NCBI RefSeq assembly: GCF_001194135.2
Contig: NC_068982.1
Span: 127,601,667 to 127,663,813 of the forward strand
From: Octopus bimaculoides
Taxonomy: Eukaryota
Direction of reading: 5' to 3'
Length of the DNA: 62,147 bases
Part shown: positions 13,380-26,458 of the stretch, piece by piece
Numbering within the stretch: the first letter of the stretch is position 1
How the letters are laid out: each line of letters begins with the position of its first letter
The notes under the pieces: generated by a model
What the model saw: the letters and a program-made list of their open reading frames with translations, nothing else
The model's database searches: none
Told to the model about the DNA's origin: nothing
Made by a program: the position numbers and the translations under genes

Positions 13380-13872
13380 TTCTAGGCACAAGGCCTGAAA
13401 TTTTTGTGGAGTGGGGCCAGTTGATTAGATCAATCCAGTACACAACTGATATTTAATTTATTGCCCCTAAAACAATGAAAGGCAAAGTTAACCTCAGCAA
13501 AATTTGAACTCAGAATGCAAAGTTAACCTCAGCAAAATTTGAACTCAGAATGCAAAGTTAACCTCAGCAAAATTTGAACTCGGAATGTAAAGACAGACGA
13601 AATACCGTTAAGCATTTCACCCGGCGTGCTAACGTTTCTTTTTTCTTTATTGCCCGCAAGGGGTTAAACATAGAGGGGATAAACAAGGACAGACAAAGGG
13701 ATTAAGTCGATTACTTCGACTCCAGTGCGAAACTGGTACTTAATTTATCGACCCTGAAAGGATGAAAAGCAAAGTCGACCTCGGCGGAACTTGAACTCAG
13801 AACATAATGGCAGACGAAATACCTCTAAGCATTTTGCCCGGCATACTAACGTTTCTGCCAGCTCGCTGCCTT
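13380..13872 (-). mobile_element. Two tandem family-A SINEs; the first has a triplicated 35-bp B-box segment
   Basis: Copies at 13380-13638 and 13639-13872. Unit GCAAAGTTAACCTCAGCAAAATTTGAACTCAGAAT occurs at 13482, 13517 and 13552. Confidence 0.88.
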
Positions 13873-14198
13873 CTATTAATAGACATATTGACAGTTATAG
13901 ACTCAATATACCATTCGTCTACCATGTATATTTTCTTTATATATACATATATATATATAATAATACAAAGAATATATATGCATTTATACACACATATATG
14001 TACATACTTACATCTACATGTGTATATAGATGCATATCAGGGTACAGGACATTAGAACAATGAACTACAGACAATGGAACGAACACATAGGAAAACGGAA
14101 AGCCCCTTGGAATATTCCTTCATCAGCTGCCTCTATTCTAACCCGATATATATATATGTGTGTGTGTATGTGTATGTATGCATGTATGTGTATGTATG

Positions 14199-14236
<38 letters not shown>

Positions 14237-14289
14237 TCGCCTCCTCTATATATATATAGAGGGCATATTAGGGCATCGCCTCCTCTGTA

Positions 14290-15900
14290 CTCTTCCTTAA
14301 GGTGGTCCTATATAATTATCTTCAAAATAGAATGCAATTGACTGTGAAATATCATCATCATCTACAAGTTGTTCGTATTCATCTACAACATCATCAACCG
14401 GCAAGGAAGCAAGGGCAACAAAACAACGCATTTTTAGACTAAAACTGTCATCTTCATATCAGCATTTTAGTCCTTGCACAACATGCTTGTACACATTTTG
14501 TCGTAAATGAAACTAGCAGCATGCCAAATTCAAGCCAGGAAATGATTCCAGAAATCCGTTTTGGGCTGCTCTTTTGAAATCCATAATTATATTATCTGGT
14601 CCTGCATTCTGCAGTAGTTCATTTATGTTGGCAAAAAGTCTAATATATGTGTCTTGACTATTGTCAGAAAGTGGAGGTGCAATGGCCCAGTTGTTAGGGC
14701 AGCGAACTTGCGGTCATAGGATCACGGTTTCGATTCCCAGACCAGGCATTGTGAGTGTTTATTGAGCGAAAACACCTAAAGCTCCACGAGGGTCTGGCAG
14801 GGGATGGTGGCGAACCCTGCTCTACTCTTTCACCACAACTTTCTCTCACTCTTACTTCCTGTTTCTGTTGTGCCTGTAATTCAAAGGGTCAGCCTTGTCA
14901 TACTGTGTCACGCTGAATATCCCCGAGAACTGCGTTAAGGGTACACGTGTCTGTGGAGTGCTCAGCCACTTGCATGTTAATTTCACGAGCTGGCTGTTCC
15001 GTTGATCAGATCAACTGGAACCCTCGATGTCGTAAGCGACGGAGTGCCAACAAAAAATTGTCAGAAAGCAGTACGAACAATCGTGGGGTACTAAAATTAT
15101 CATTTTGAATGTGAAGTATATATAAGTGAAAAAATATACGAGAGCAGCATTTAAATGTTCCATCTCCCACCCAGTTCTTGTGCTGTTTTAACTGTTGTTA
15201 TGCTTCATCACCTGCAAATATTAGCACTTGTTTTGAATCTTCCATCCCGCTGTCATACTGGAATCAGCTTGCCTCCAACATCTAATATTCCTATTAAGCT
15301 GTGCAAATGGAGGTATTTGTGACAATGTTCAGTCATTTAAATCTTGAACTTCATAGCAATAACTGAGCGAGGGGCATCACGTATTGAAATAGACTTTACT
15401 CTAATATTTGAAAGTATTATCCTTGCATTTACCTCTGCAGCAGTTGAAGCGTGATTATGGATCCCAATCCTTCTTAAGCTCTTATAATTTTCATTTGTAT
15501 GAAGTCTTGCCTTGCACACACAATTTTTGCACCTCCAGTATGTCTTCAGTTCATCTGCATTCTGCTTATTTCTTGTGCATATATAATTTTCTTGATCGAC
15601 CACTTTGATTTTTCCTTTCTCTGAAGTGATGATCTTGCAGGTAGTCATGTTGATGGGTAGGCGTATTGAATAAATTTAATTCAATTTGCTTGAAAATCNN
15701 NNNNNNNNCCTTGCACACACAATTTTTGCACCTCCAGTATGTCTTCAGTTCATCTGCATTCTGCTTATTTCTTGTGCATATATAATTTTCTTGATCGACC
15801 ACTTTGATTTTTCCTTTCTCTGAAGTGATGATCTTGCAGGTAGTCATGTTGATGGGTAGGCGTATTGAATAAATTTAATTCAATTTGCTTGAAAATCTTT
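14290..15900 (-). mobile_element. MULE (Mutator-like) transposase remnant with N-terminal FLYWCH zinc finger, interrupted by a SINE
   Basis: ORF 15337-15648 has YWRCKNCVCKARLHT...HNH (FLYWCH). Downstream frames give WVGDGTFKCC, IIMDFKRAA, FHLRQNVYKHV, MRCFVALA and YFEDNYIG, typical of the MULE DDE domain. Confidence 0.88.
14672..15056 (+). mobile_element. Full-length tRNA-derived SINE (family D) with 12-bp TSD, inserted into the MULE
   Basis: A-box TGGCCCAGTTG, B-box GGTTTCGATTCCC, CAACAAAAA tail. TSD ATTGTCAGAAAG at 14660-14671 and 15057-15068. Confidence 0.92.
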
Positions 15901-15926
15901 GTTCGTAAACTGTTCAACACAGATGC

Positions 15927-15961
<35 letters not shown>

Positions 15962-16061
15962 AAAGAAAGGAAAGAAAATATCTAAAACTGTTCAACGACA
16001 ATTTTAATTCACAAGTGATTGTTCTAAACTTACCCTCGAAAATCACATTTAAGAGTATTTT

Positions 16062-16168
16062 GGGATGAATTGGCCAGGGACAAATTGACCTGGGGATGAA
16101 TTTATTAATGATGAATTGACCCAGGACAAATTAACTGATGACAAAATAACCAAGGACAAAGTGTCCTA
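16062..16168. repeat. Degenerate ~15-bp tandem array (GGGAYRAATTGACC), probably subterminal repeats of the MULE
   Basis: About seven diverged units: gggatgaattggcc, gggacaaattgacc, gggatgaatttatt, atgatgaattgacc, ggacaaattaact and others. Assignment to the MULE is inferred from proximity. Confidence 0.6.
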
Positions 16169-16266
16169 GCATTACGCAGAAGGCAGTGTGACAATAATGA
16201 AGATATGCTATGGCAAAAGTGTGGATAATTCTTTAGTTCCCCTCATACATACATACATACATACAT

Positions 16267-16328
<62 letters not shown>

Positions 16329-16332
<4 letters not shown>

Positions 16333-17383
16333 GGTGCGGTGAATAAACTGTCACCTAAATCACACAAAAATGAAAAAACACTGACATCTAATTTTAACAG
16401 ATATTTTGAAAGAAATAAAGATCAATTTTGAATCAGAAAAAAATATATAAATAAATTATATCAGTTTATTGATTCAAATTCAATTCAGTATACACACACC
16501 TGCATATGTATACATATTTGTGTATATATATATACAGGGTGCAGTGAATAAACTGTCATCTAAGTTTCGCAAAAATGAAAATAACACTTACATCTCATTT
16601 TAACATATATTTAGCAAATTTATATAAAAATATCTTGAAATACTAAAAAATAAACTTATCTAATAAAATCGTCATTGGCTTTAACCATGGCCTCCAACGA
16701 CTTTGCAATCTCCTGCAACTCTTCTGGACAGTCTCCTTGTTTAAGGTGGTTAATGCTGCCATAATCCTTGCCTTCAGATCATCTTTGGTATTATAAGAAG
16801 TTTTTTTGGTCTCTCACTCAACTGGGGCCCCACACTTATTGCAGTCTGGTGAGTTATGTGGCCAGATGATAGGTGTGATGTAGCTACAAAAGCTGTCTGA
16901 CACCCATGACTGGATTCTCCTGCATGATTGGGCATGGTGCAGTCCTGTTGTCAGACACAGGGTCTTCCAGCAGCCACCCTCTTGACCCAGGGCAGCACTA
17001 CCTCCTCCAGGCACTTGATGTAGGTCTCCATGTTGAGTCTGAGGCTGTGTAGGAAGATGAATGGAGGCATAAGGACGCCATAACTAGTGATCAATCCAAA
17101 CACTATGATGTTGACTGGATGTTTGATTTTTATCACTCTTAGTACATGTCTTCAGGTTGACACCCAAACACCCTGAAATGTTTGTACTGAAGATTCCAGC
17201 ATGAATGCCAAGCAGTACAACATGTCGTTTCCAAATTTCTGGCAGAGTGAATTATGTCATGGTGGTGTTTTTGTCACAGATGATGTGCAACTGACCTTAC
17301 TATACTGTGTAGTCATCAAAATCAAGAACAAACAATGCACCAAATTGGAAATACAAAATGGCAACAATTTACCCATCACACAC
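16329..17383 (-). mobile_element. maT (DD37D) Tc1/mariner element, internally deleted, with an extra 3'-end block
   Basis: IKHPVNIIVFGLITSYGVLMPPFIF...AAGRP and SWVSDSFCSYITPIIWPHNSPDCN. Imperfect TIRs start at 16535 (CAGGGTG) and end near 17383. A second TIR-like end is at 16329. Confidence 0.85.
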
Positions 17384-19186
17384 ATATATATATATATATA
17401 AAATCACCATCATTATCATCACCATCATCATCATCATCATCATCATCATTGTTTAACATCCACTTTCCATGCTGGCATGTGTTGGACAGTTTGACATAGG
17501 GCTAGCCAGCTGTGTCTGTTGTGAGATGATTTCTACAGCTGAATGCCCTTTCTGTCACTGTCACAGGTGCATTTACACAGCGCTGGCACAAGTGTGTTAA
17601 CACAGCACTAGCCCAAGTTCTTTTTGTTGTGTGGCACTAGCACCTGAAAAGACAAGCCTGAATCTGTCGAAGAGTCAGTCTCTTTTAAGTAAAAATTTTC
17701 TTGTTCTGTATTTTACTAGATGTAATAACTTGTCCTGTACTTTTCCAGATTTATAATCTTAAGAATTTTATTTCTCTTGCTCGCATTTTCCATGTAATCC
17801 ATGTTTCTTCCAGACTATGCTATTATGGTAATTAATAATGTGTCAAATGTGTCAATTAGTGGTGTCGTTGATAATTTTTTCCTTCCCTCAATGATGCTGG
17901 TGATATATATTAAAAGTCCCCCAGAACTATATTCATAAAAAAGTATAGAACTATATTATCACCCTCAAATTTGAGAAACAAACACTCAACTTTTTCTTTT
18001 AAAACTTCATTGCATAATATTGATACCATGAAATTCCTCAGACTGAGCTCTCTCATTTAAGCTTAATTAAAATATAGTTTGTTTTTAAAATAAAAAAGTT
18101 AATTATACTTAAATCCAATTTTTTGTCTTACTTATATTTTTTTCCATGATATTTTACCTCACAACTTTTTTGATACAAATTTTTGTTACATCAGAGCAAA
18201 ACTATGAAATTCCTTACACTTTCTTCCATTATTGAAGCTAAGATAAATATATTTTGCTTTTAAAATAAAAAAAGCTATTTAGATCTAAACTTGATTGGTA
18301 GCGTTACTTATTCTCCCATAACGTTGCTACAAACTCTGATGTAAACTTTTTCTACTGGACCAAATCTCAATTTCTTTATGCCAAAATGTAGCTAGGGACC
18401 AATTCTCTTCAAAAATGTTGATGGTTTTCCATTTAGTTTAGAACTGAATTAGCAACAAGCTCTGAAAGATGCTGTGTTTGAGTAAGTTGCGACCTTAATA
18501 ATATTATTCAACTACTACTATAGTTGAATGATGACAAGCTTCCTGCAGTTTCTATCTATCAAATTCACTCACAAAGCACTATCAGCAAGCTGATATAGTA
18601 GCAGAAGAAATTCATCCAAAGTGTCACAGATTGGGACAGAACCTAAAAGCATGTGGTTATGAAGTGAACTACTTAACCACACAGCCATGGTTATGACTAA
18701 ATAAAATATATTTCTATATGAAATATTTCCATTACCAAACAATTTTATTGTAGACCAAATCCATTTCTAAATTCACTAATTCTAAGAAATTTTATTTATT
18801 TATATATTTTCTTAAAAATAAACAAATTATTGACAGGATGTTAAGAGATTATTTACCAAATTCAAGGAATCTAAGTTTTTAACGTTGTCAATGAATACAA
18901 ACCACTAAGTTTTGATGCATGTAATTCATAAATTCATTTCCGATATATAATTTAAATTCTCAAGCATGCTTTTAATATAGTTGAATATTTATTTTAATAA
19001 AAATCAATACAAATATTTCATATTTGTATTAGAATCATTCTTTTGTTTGTATTCTTTGAATTCACAGAGAGGGGAAAAAAGTGGATTAGGTAGATATATG
19101 CTCTTAGTGTATGTCTGTGACATGTTGTTAGACTCAGTGGTTGCAGTCATGAGATATGGGTAAGTAGTGTATCCGATGCTTTGTTT

Positions 19187-19188
<2 letters not shown>

Positions 19189-19266
<78 letters not shown>

Positions 19267-19300
19267 TGTAGTAACAGTAGCAGTAGCAACAGCAGCAGCA
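19189..19300. repeat. Long (TAG)n microsatellite grading into (CAG)n
   Basis: Direct reading; source of the spurious poly-V and poly-Y ORFs. Confidence 0.95.
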
Positions 19301-20771
19301 GAAGGATATTGCAAATCTGATACCCTCCCTCACACTATGGAGCAAACTCTGCATGGTTTGTGGAACAACAAAGTCCTGCATGAATACAGGGATCAAACAA
19401 AGAAATTGGTGTTTGATTGGCCACATTCTTTGAAGCATTCCCAGTCAATCTCTCAGATGGAATCCTCGTGGCAATCTTTCTGTTGGGTTCCCCAGGGTAA
19501 AAAACTTCTGGCAACATGAACTAGAGAATGAAGGAAGATATGGATGGAGTTAAAAGCAATTAGAGAGGAAGATTCAGGACAGGAATGTAATCATGATGAG
19601 ACAGGGATGAGGTGAGTGTGAGATCATGGGTAACCTGTGCCCCAGGAAAAGCCAAGGTCCTCCATGAGTGACATTATTGTTTTAGTACATTAGATGAGTA
19701 ACATAATATTATCAATAATCATAAAATGTTAAGATATTTTCTGAGAGAATAAAATCATAATAAAATATCAAACCATGTGGAAAAGGGAACTTTTAACTGC
19801 ACAGGCAATTCTCCTCTTCTTCTTATAATATCTCTCTGCTTTCTCTTGAAAAAGAACCTAACCTCAAAATATTGGTTAAAAATAGTTTCTTTTCTTTCAG
19901 CAAGACTTGGTGCACTGACTCCTTTTTTTTATTACAATTTTATTCTATTAGAATACTTTTACTAACACAGGACCTCAAATGGATTTTTCTGGTCCTAAAT
20001 TTCATAAAATATTTTACTTTCTCAAAAGAAATACAGGTGTTTTAAATATTACATTTCCAAGAAAGACAGATGATCTGAACCTTTGGAAACATCTCTATAA
20101 TAAACATTCACATTCGTGTTGTTCATTTAAAATAGGCAAACATGGCAATAATAATCTCACTTGAGAAAAACAAAATTTGAAGTTTGGTCTTGAGACTTGT
20201 ACAAAAGGGAAATATTTGAGTGGATAAGTTACATAACAACTAACTCATGGATTTGATGTTCATATCTGTTGCTGGCATTTGATGTCTCTGAGCAACTTCT
20301 CATTAGTTTATGTGCTTCAATTCACATTGTTGCAAGTAATAAGTACCAGATCTTATGGGAATGTTTCTAGCTATAAACTAGCATTCTCTGGAAGGAAAGC
20401 TTCTTTCATATCCTTAATATTTCAAAATCAAAAGGTAAACACTAACCTTATAAACCCCTGTGTTCCAAGAAGATATATCACATTTATCACTTACAACAAT
20501 ATCCTTAATTGAACATAACAATTAAATGCTAATTGATTCCTCAATCCTCAATAGATGAATACCAAGTCTTTGAGTGAGAATTTTACATCATGAAATATGA
20601 TGCTTTATCCAGTGATACAGTTCATGACTTGAATATTGGAATGAGTTGATTAGCAGGGACAGCTAGAGAGCGCAATAAAATTGTGGTTTAAGTCTATATA
20701 TATGTAGATGTAGGTATAGATATAATTCCTGTCAACAAATTATTCACTAGTTCTGCATTTCTGAATCTCAG

Positions 20772-20802
20772 TGGAATTAAGATTCATATATTTGAAGAAC
20801 AG
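20772..20802 (+). CDS. Tentative 31-nt internal exon (ELRFIYLKN or GIKIHIFEEQ)
   Basis: Acceptor ttctgcatttctgaatctcag, consensus donor CAG|GTAAGT; two of three frames open. Confidence 0.3.
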
Positions 20803-21275
20803 GTAAGTGTTAGTGATAGGAAAAGCATCCAGCTATAAAACTCCTGGCTCAAGTATTTCCCCTTCTCAACCCTGTTAAGCATGGGAAAGCAGATGTTATA
20901 CAAACAAGGTGTGTGTATGTGTGTGTGCGTGTGCATGTGCACACGTGTGTGTTTTATTAAACTGAAACTAAGAGATAGTGTCATTGGGTCAAGCCACATG
21001 CCACTGTAATCTTCAGATAAAATAGTAGCATGAAATTCAAATTGCGAGACAAAATCTTAACTTCAATTTTGATAAGAAAAAAAACACATCCCCTGCAACA
21101 TGTATTGAGTACTCCTCTCTTATTCATTGAACATTAATCAATATATGTACCTGTGTGTGTAAACATATATATCTGTATATATGTATATATGTACATATAT
21201 ATATGTATATATANNNNNNNNNNNNNNNNNNNNNNNNNNNNNNNNNNNNNNNATATATATATATATATATATATA

Positions 21276-22304
21276 CAGGTTGTGATAGGTAAATTGTCAC
21301 CATTTTATATTTTTTATTTCATGCATGTGCATTGTTTGTTTTTGATTTTGTTGACTTCATTAGGGTCAGTTGGGCACTGTCTGTGAGAAAATCACCACCA
21401 TGACACAATTCACTCTGCCAGGAATTTAGAAACAACATGCTGTACAACTTGGCATTCATGCCGGAAACTCCAATACAAACATTTCAGAGTGTTTTGGTGT
21501 CAATCTGAGGACAGGGCAATCTGAAGACATGTACTGGGAGTGATAAAAATTTAACATCCAGTCAGTATCATGATGTTTGGAGTGATCACTAGTGATGGTG
21601 ACGTTATGCCTTCATTCATCTCCCCACATGGCCTCAGACTCAACATGGAGGCCTACATCAAGGGCCTGGAGAAGGTAATGCTGTCCTGAGTCAAGAGGGT
21701 GGCTGCTGGAAGACCCTATGTCTGGCAACAGGACTCTGCACCATGCCACACAAGCAGGAGAACCCAGTCATGGCTGTCACCTCTAACATCTGGTCACCTA
21801 AGTCCCCAGGCTGCAACCCACTTGATTATTATGTGTGGGGCGCAGTTGGGAGAGAGACCAACAAAACTCCTTGTAACACTAAAGATGAACTGAAGGCAAG
21901 GATTATGGCAGCCTTCACCAACTTAAACAAGGAGACCATGAAGAAGAGCTGCAGGAGATTCCAAAGTCGTCTGAAGGCTGTGGTTGAGGCCAATGGCAAT
22001 GTTATTGAATAAGTTTACTCTTTAGTATTTCAAGATATTTTATGTAATTTTGGTAANNNNNNNNNNNNNNNNNNNNNNNNNNNNNNNNNNNNNNNNNNNN
22101 NNNNNNNNNNNNNNNNNNNNNNNNNNNNNNNNNNNNNNNNNNNNNNNNNNNNNNNNNNNNNNNNNNNNNNNNNNNNNNNNNNNNNNNNNNNNNNNNNNNN
22201 NNNNNNNNNNNNNNNNNNNNNNNNNNNNNNNNNNNNNNNNNNNNNNNNNNNNNNNNNNNNNNNNNNNNNNNNNNNNNNNNNNNNNNNNNNNNNNNNNNNN
22301 NNNN

Positions 22305-22336
<32 letters not shown>

Positions 22337-22410
22337 CTAAATTGAATTTGAATCAATAAACTGATATAATTTATTTATATCTTTTTTTCTGATTCAAAAT
22401 TGATCTTTAT
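21276..22410 (+). mobile_element. maT (DD37D) mariner-like transposase remnant
   Basis: TA|CAGGTTGTGATAGGTAAATTGTCACC end; VWQQDSAPCHTSRRTQSWLS...SPGCNPLDYYVWGAV...FQSRLKAVVEANG. Combined with the 16.9 kb copy, the second-to-third Asp spacing is 37. Confidence 0.88.
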
Positions 22411-23358
22411 TTCTTTCAAATTTCACATTGGAATTGAAAAATGGCAAGTTAAAATTTTACTTAATTTCTCATTCACATACTTTACTTTCAAATTACATCA
22501 TATACAGAATATCTTATTTAATACCATGGAATTCTATCTAATTGTTGAGTGGTACAACTAATTGAGTGTAAGATTCTTCATATAATTCAATTGAATCACT
22601 CTCACACATATTAAGAATAATCCATTACCAATGATTCACTCTCATGACTTTCACAATAAGCAATCAGTTAGCCAGCATCAAATTAATATTCTATCATTAA
22701 TTTATTATATTCATGAACTATTTTTTATTTCTTTTATTTTGTATTTGTTTTGTTTCTTTTTCCTTTGTGCATGTGATCATAAATATCACTGCTGTTATGA
22801 TTATTATATACCAGCATCAGCTTGCATGAAGTACGTGTAAGAAATTTAATGTAGTATGATAGTGAGACACGAGAACAGAAAAAGGGAAGATATACAGAAA
22901 GAAACTGGAGAGAAATGAGGTGAGCAATATATGTAAAATATGTAAAGCAGTCTACAAGTGAGCAGAGAATTTGGCTGGATATTAAAGAGACCAGCCAAAG
23001 GGTGCAGAAGAAATTAATATACTGAAATGGACATGAAATGTGGATGAGTAATGGGTGTTGGAGGAGGAATGGAAATCTGCTTTAACAGGAGGAAATCATC
23101 TGTAAAAGAAGCGTATGGAAGATGTAGACAGGAGAAGTAAAGATGAGATCTTAGAACACTGAGTGTAAAAGGCATGGTTGTGTAGTTAACAAGATTGCTT
23201 TGCAATTATGTGGTTTCAGGTTCAGTCCAACTGCATGGCACCTTTGGCAAGTGGCTTCTGCTATGACTCCAGATTGACCAATGTTTTGTGAGTGGATTTC
23301 ATTGATAGAAACTGTATGGAAACCTGTCATACATATGTCTGTATGTATGTATGTCTAT

Positions 23359-23413
<55 letters not shown>

Positions 23414-23414
23414 G

Positions 23415-23765
23415 TATGTCGCCTTACTGGTACATGTGTTGGCGGCATGTGAAAAAAACATTCAAGCAAGGTCGTTGCCAGTGCCACTAGACTGGCTCCT
23501 GTGCATTTGGCATGTAAAAAACACCATTTTGAGCATGGCCGTTGCAAGTACCGCCTGACTGGCTCTCATGCCGGTGGCACGTGAAAGCACCCACTACACT
23601 CTCAGAGTGGTTGGCATCAGGAAGAGCATCCAGCTGTAGAAACTCTGCCAGATCAGATTGGAGCCTGGTGCAGCCATCCGGTTCACCAGTCCTCAATCAA
23701 ATAGTCCAACCCATGCTAGCATGGAAAGCGGGTATTAAACAACGATGATGATGATGATGATGATA
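23415..23765 (+). mobile_element. (GAT)n-tailed retroposon, family C (RTE-like tail), 5' truncated
   Basis: GTTGGCATCAGGAAGAGCATCCAGC...CCCATGCTAGCATGGAAAGCGG...(GAT)n. Preceded by ~65-bp internal units and flanked by (TA)n. Confidence 0.85.
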
Positions 23766-24243
23766 TATATCTTCAAAAGTCTCAGTCACTTGTCATTGTC
23801 TCTATGAGGCCGTATATATGCACATGTGTGTAACATTGTGTTTGTCCATCCCCCCAACCCACCCACCAGCTGACATCCAATGTTGGTTTGTTTAAATCCC
23901 TATAACTTGGATGTAGCGTAAAGAGACTGATAGAATAAATACCAAACTTAGATATCAGTACTAAGGTCGATTTGTTCAATGAAACTGTTCAAGGCAGTGC
24001 TCCAGCATGGCTGCAGTCATAGAAGATAAAATATAATGGAAGAAGTGGTGAAAGACTGACATGAACAAGGCTATACTGTGCAGCAAACTCATTCAACCTA
24101 TCATATCATAGAATAAGAAACTGGTTCTTTGCCAAAAAAGTACCAGCCTTCAAGCATTGTCGCAAAAATATTTTGGAAATCTTTTGCCATTACGTTTTAT
24201 AAATGAAAAGATAAAATAGATAGATAAATAGATAGGTAGATAG

Positions 24244-24298
<55 letters not shown>

Positions 24299-24676
24299 GG
24301 GGGGGCAGTGGGGATGGTAATAGTGGNNNNNNNNNNNNNNNNNNNNNNNNNNNNNNNNNNNNNNNNNNNNNNNNNNNNNNNNNNNNNNNNNNNNNNNNNN
24401 NNNNNNNNNNNNNNNNNNNNNNNNNNNNNNNNNNNNNNNNNNNNNNNNNNNNNNNNNNNNNNNNNNNNNNNNNNNNNNNNNNNNNNNNNNNNNNNNNNNN
24501 NNNNNNNNNNNNNNNNNNNNNNNNNNNNNNNNNNNNNNNNNNNNNNNNNNNNNNNNNNNNNNNNNNNNNNNNNNNNNNNNNNNNNNNNNNNNNNNNNNNN
24601 NNNNNNNNNNNNNNNNNNNNNNNNNNNNNNNNNNNNNNNNNNNNNNNNNNNNNNNNNNNNNNNNNNNNNNNNNNNN

Positions 24677-24711
<35 letters not shown>

Positions 24712-25707
24712 GGGAGCATGAGCTGTAACAGCCAATTGCTGCATCCCCCATTTATTGGTGATTCCCTACTCCCTGGTGGACAATACGTTTGCACCATCCA
24801 GGCAACAACCCTCCAATCCATGGGTCTGTTCGGATATCCATTGCCAGTGCAAGTTTTATGAGATTGGAGTGCAAATCCTTTTTACAACACACAGAGAAAA
24901 TATTGGATCTATTCTTTGGCATGTTGGTCCCTCACACAAAACATATCAAAATAGATATTACATTCAGATAATTCTTCAATATTTGTCATGATGTTGGACA
25001 AGTTTTAAAATTTTCAAAAACCATCTTAATTTCATTAACCCATTCATTACCAAATTTTTATTGAAATCCACTGCTTTTGTTTCATTTTGAAAATAACAAA
25101 GAATTCAGTAAAATAACTTTGTTATTATTGAGCTAATGTTTGAAACTTAAATTAGCATGACATTTTGAAGAAAGATTTTAATCCTCACTGCACTGATTAA
25201 ATTAATGACTAACAATCTGGTGATGTAACATGTAAATCATATGCAAATTAGTTCTCACAACATCTTTCTATTAGCAGTAAAAGTAAGATGTGCATGCTAC
25301 ATCATTTGAAATGTGGGAAAAATTCTGAAAAGTTCCATGGAAAGTTCCCCATTATGAAAAATGAGAAATTCAATTCCCAATTCCTGTGTCTCAAGAGCAA
25401 ATGCACAGAACCATGTATGCTCAGTTCCCATGCAGTAAGGGTTAATTTAAATCACTTTAAAACAGGGATTTTGTATAATAGAACCAAGGGTAGTCTCAAG
25501 TGGGTTGGTATCAAAAGAGTTAAACATTCTCAATCTTTACAGCTCCACAGCACCCAACCATAAAAAATACTGGAATAATAGGTACTGAAGCATTATCAGC
25601 AGCAGCAACTTGATCATTAGCATCACGAATTTAGCATCAATATTTCCACAAAGTGGAGACATGTGGTTTAATAGATAGGGTGATGGATCCATGACTGAGA
25701 GATTGTA

Positions 25708-25890
25708 TAGTTCTATATTTAAGAGATGAGGAATTATGTACATTATTTACGTTATTTACATTTGACAGATATTTGTCCTCATCTTGTTTGTTGTAAACTC
25801 AACGTTTCGGCTGATATACCCTCCAGCCTTCATCAGGTGTGTTGGGGAAATCTCAAACCTGGGTTCTCATTCCTAAGGTATTTGTCGATG
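25708..25890 (-). ncRNA. Penelope-like terminal-repeat fragment containing a minimal type I hammerhead ribozyme motif (25797-25840)
   Basis: Minus strand reads ACAC-CUGAUGA-A-GGCUG(gagggUaUaU)CAGCC-GAAAC-GUU-GAGU: intact core, perfect 5-bp stem II, palindromic AACGUU stem III, 3/4 stem I. A 3'-end fragment of the same element lies at ~9585-9610. Confidence 0.75.
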
Positions 25891-25908
25891 TTGTTATTAT
25901 TATTATTT

Positions 25909-26395
25909 TATATTTGACTTTTGCTTTGCATTTGTACAAGTTGGATCCAAATCTCACCCAGAGACCTCAAGAGACAACAAGTTAGAAGTTCATGTAGGTG
26001 TTATGCCTAGGGTACCATACATTTGGATTTGTACATAGTGTTGTTCTAGAGAATGTTTAAGAAACCATAAGAAAATTATGTGTTTGTTTTAAAATTTGAG
26101 ATCACATAGACAGTATTTTACGTAGGATATGGGCAGTTCCCATGAGCACTATCTTTTGAACTTCAGCCATTTTGGGGTTTCCTGGTATCTGAGCTAGATA
26201 GTAATCAGCCCGTTTCACTGTCATTCCCAGGGCACCTATGACAATAGGTATTGTTTTCATCTTCAGATTCCACATTTTGCTAATTTCTATTTCAAGATCT
26301 TTATATTTGCTCAGTTTTTGGTAGGTCTTGACAGATACGTTTATATCGATTGGGACAGTCATATCAATGAAGGAGCATGATTTTTGCCTGAAGTC

Positions 26396-26396
<1 letters not shown>
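25909..26396 (-). mobile_element. R4/Dong-like LINE 3' end (REL endonuclease plus 3' UTR) embedded in (TAA)n
   Basis: ORF 26102-26362 IDMTVP...KLSKYKDLEIEISKMWNLK..IPIVIGALG...VQKIVLMGTAHILRKIL is uninterrupted. Both ends abut (TAA)n tracts. Confidence 0.9.

Positions 26397-26458
<62 letters not shown>

Noticed and set aside
14040-14136. CUGAUGA-containing repeat fragment on the minus strand
   Set aside because: No GAAA follows stem II, so the hammerhead core is incomplete.
14672-14750. tRNA gene call for SINE heads
   Set aside because: A and B boxes are present, but there is no acceptor-stem pairing, and each head continues into a SINE body with a tail and TSD.
15510-15897. Apparent tandem duplication of the FLYWCH domain (189 bp repeated)
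   Set aside because: The copies appear identical and flank a 10-N placeholder gap, the usual signature of overlapping contig ends.
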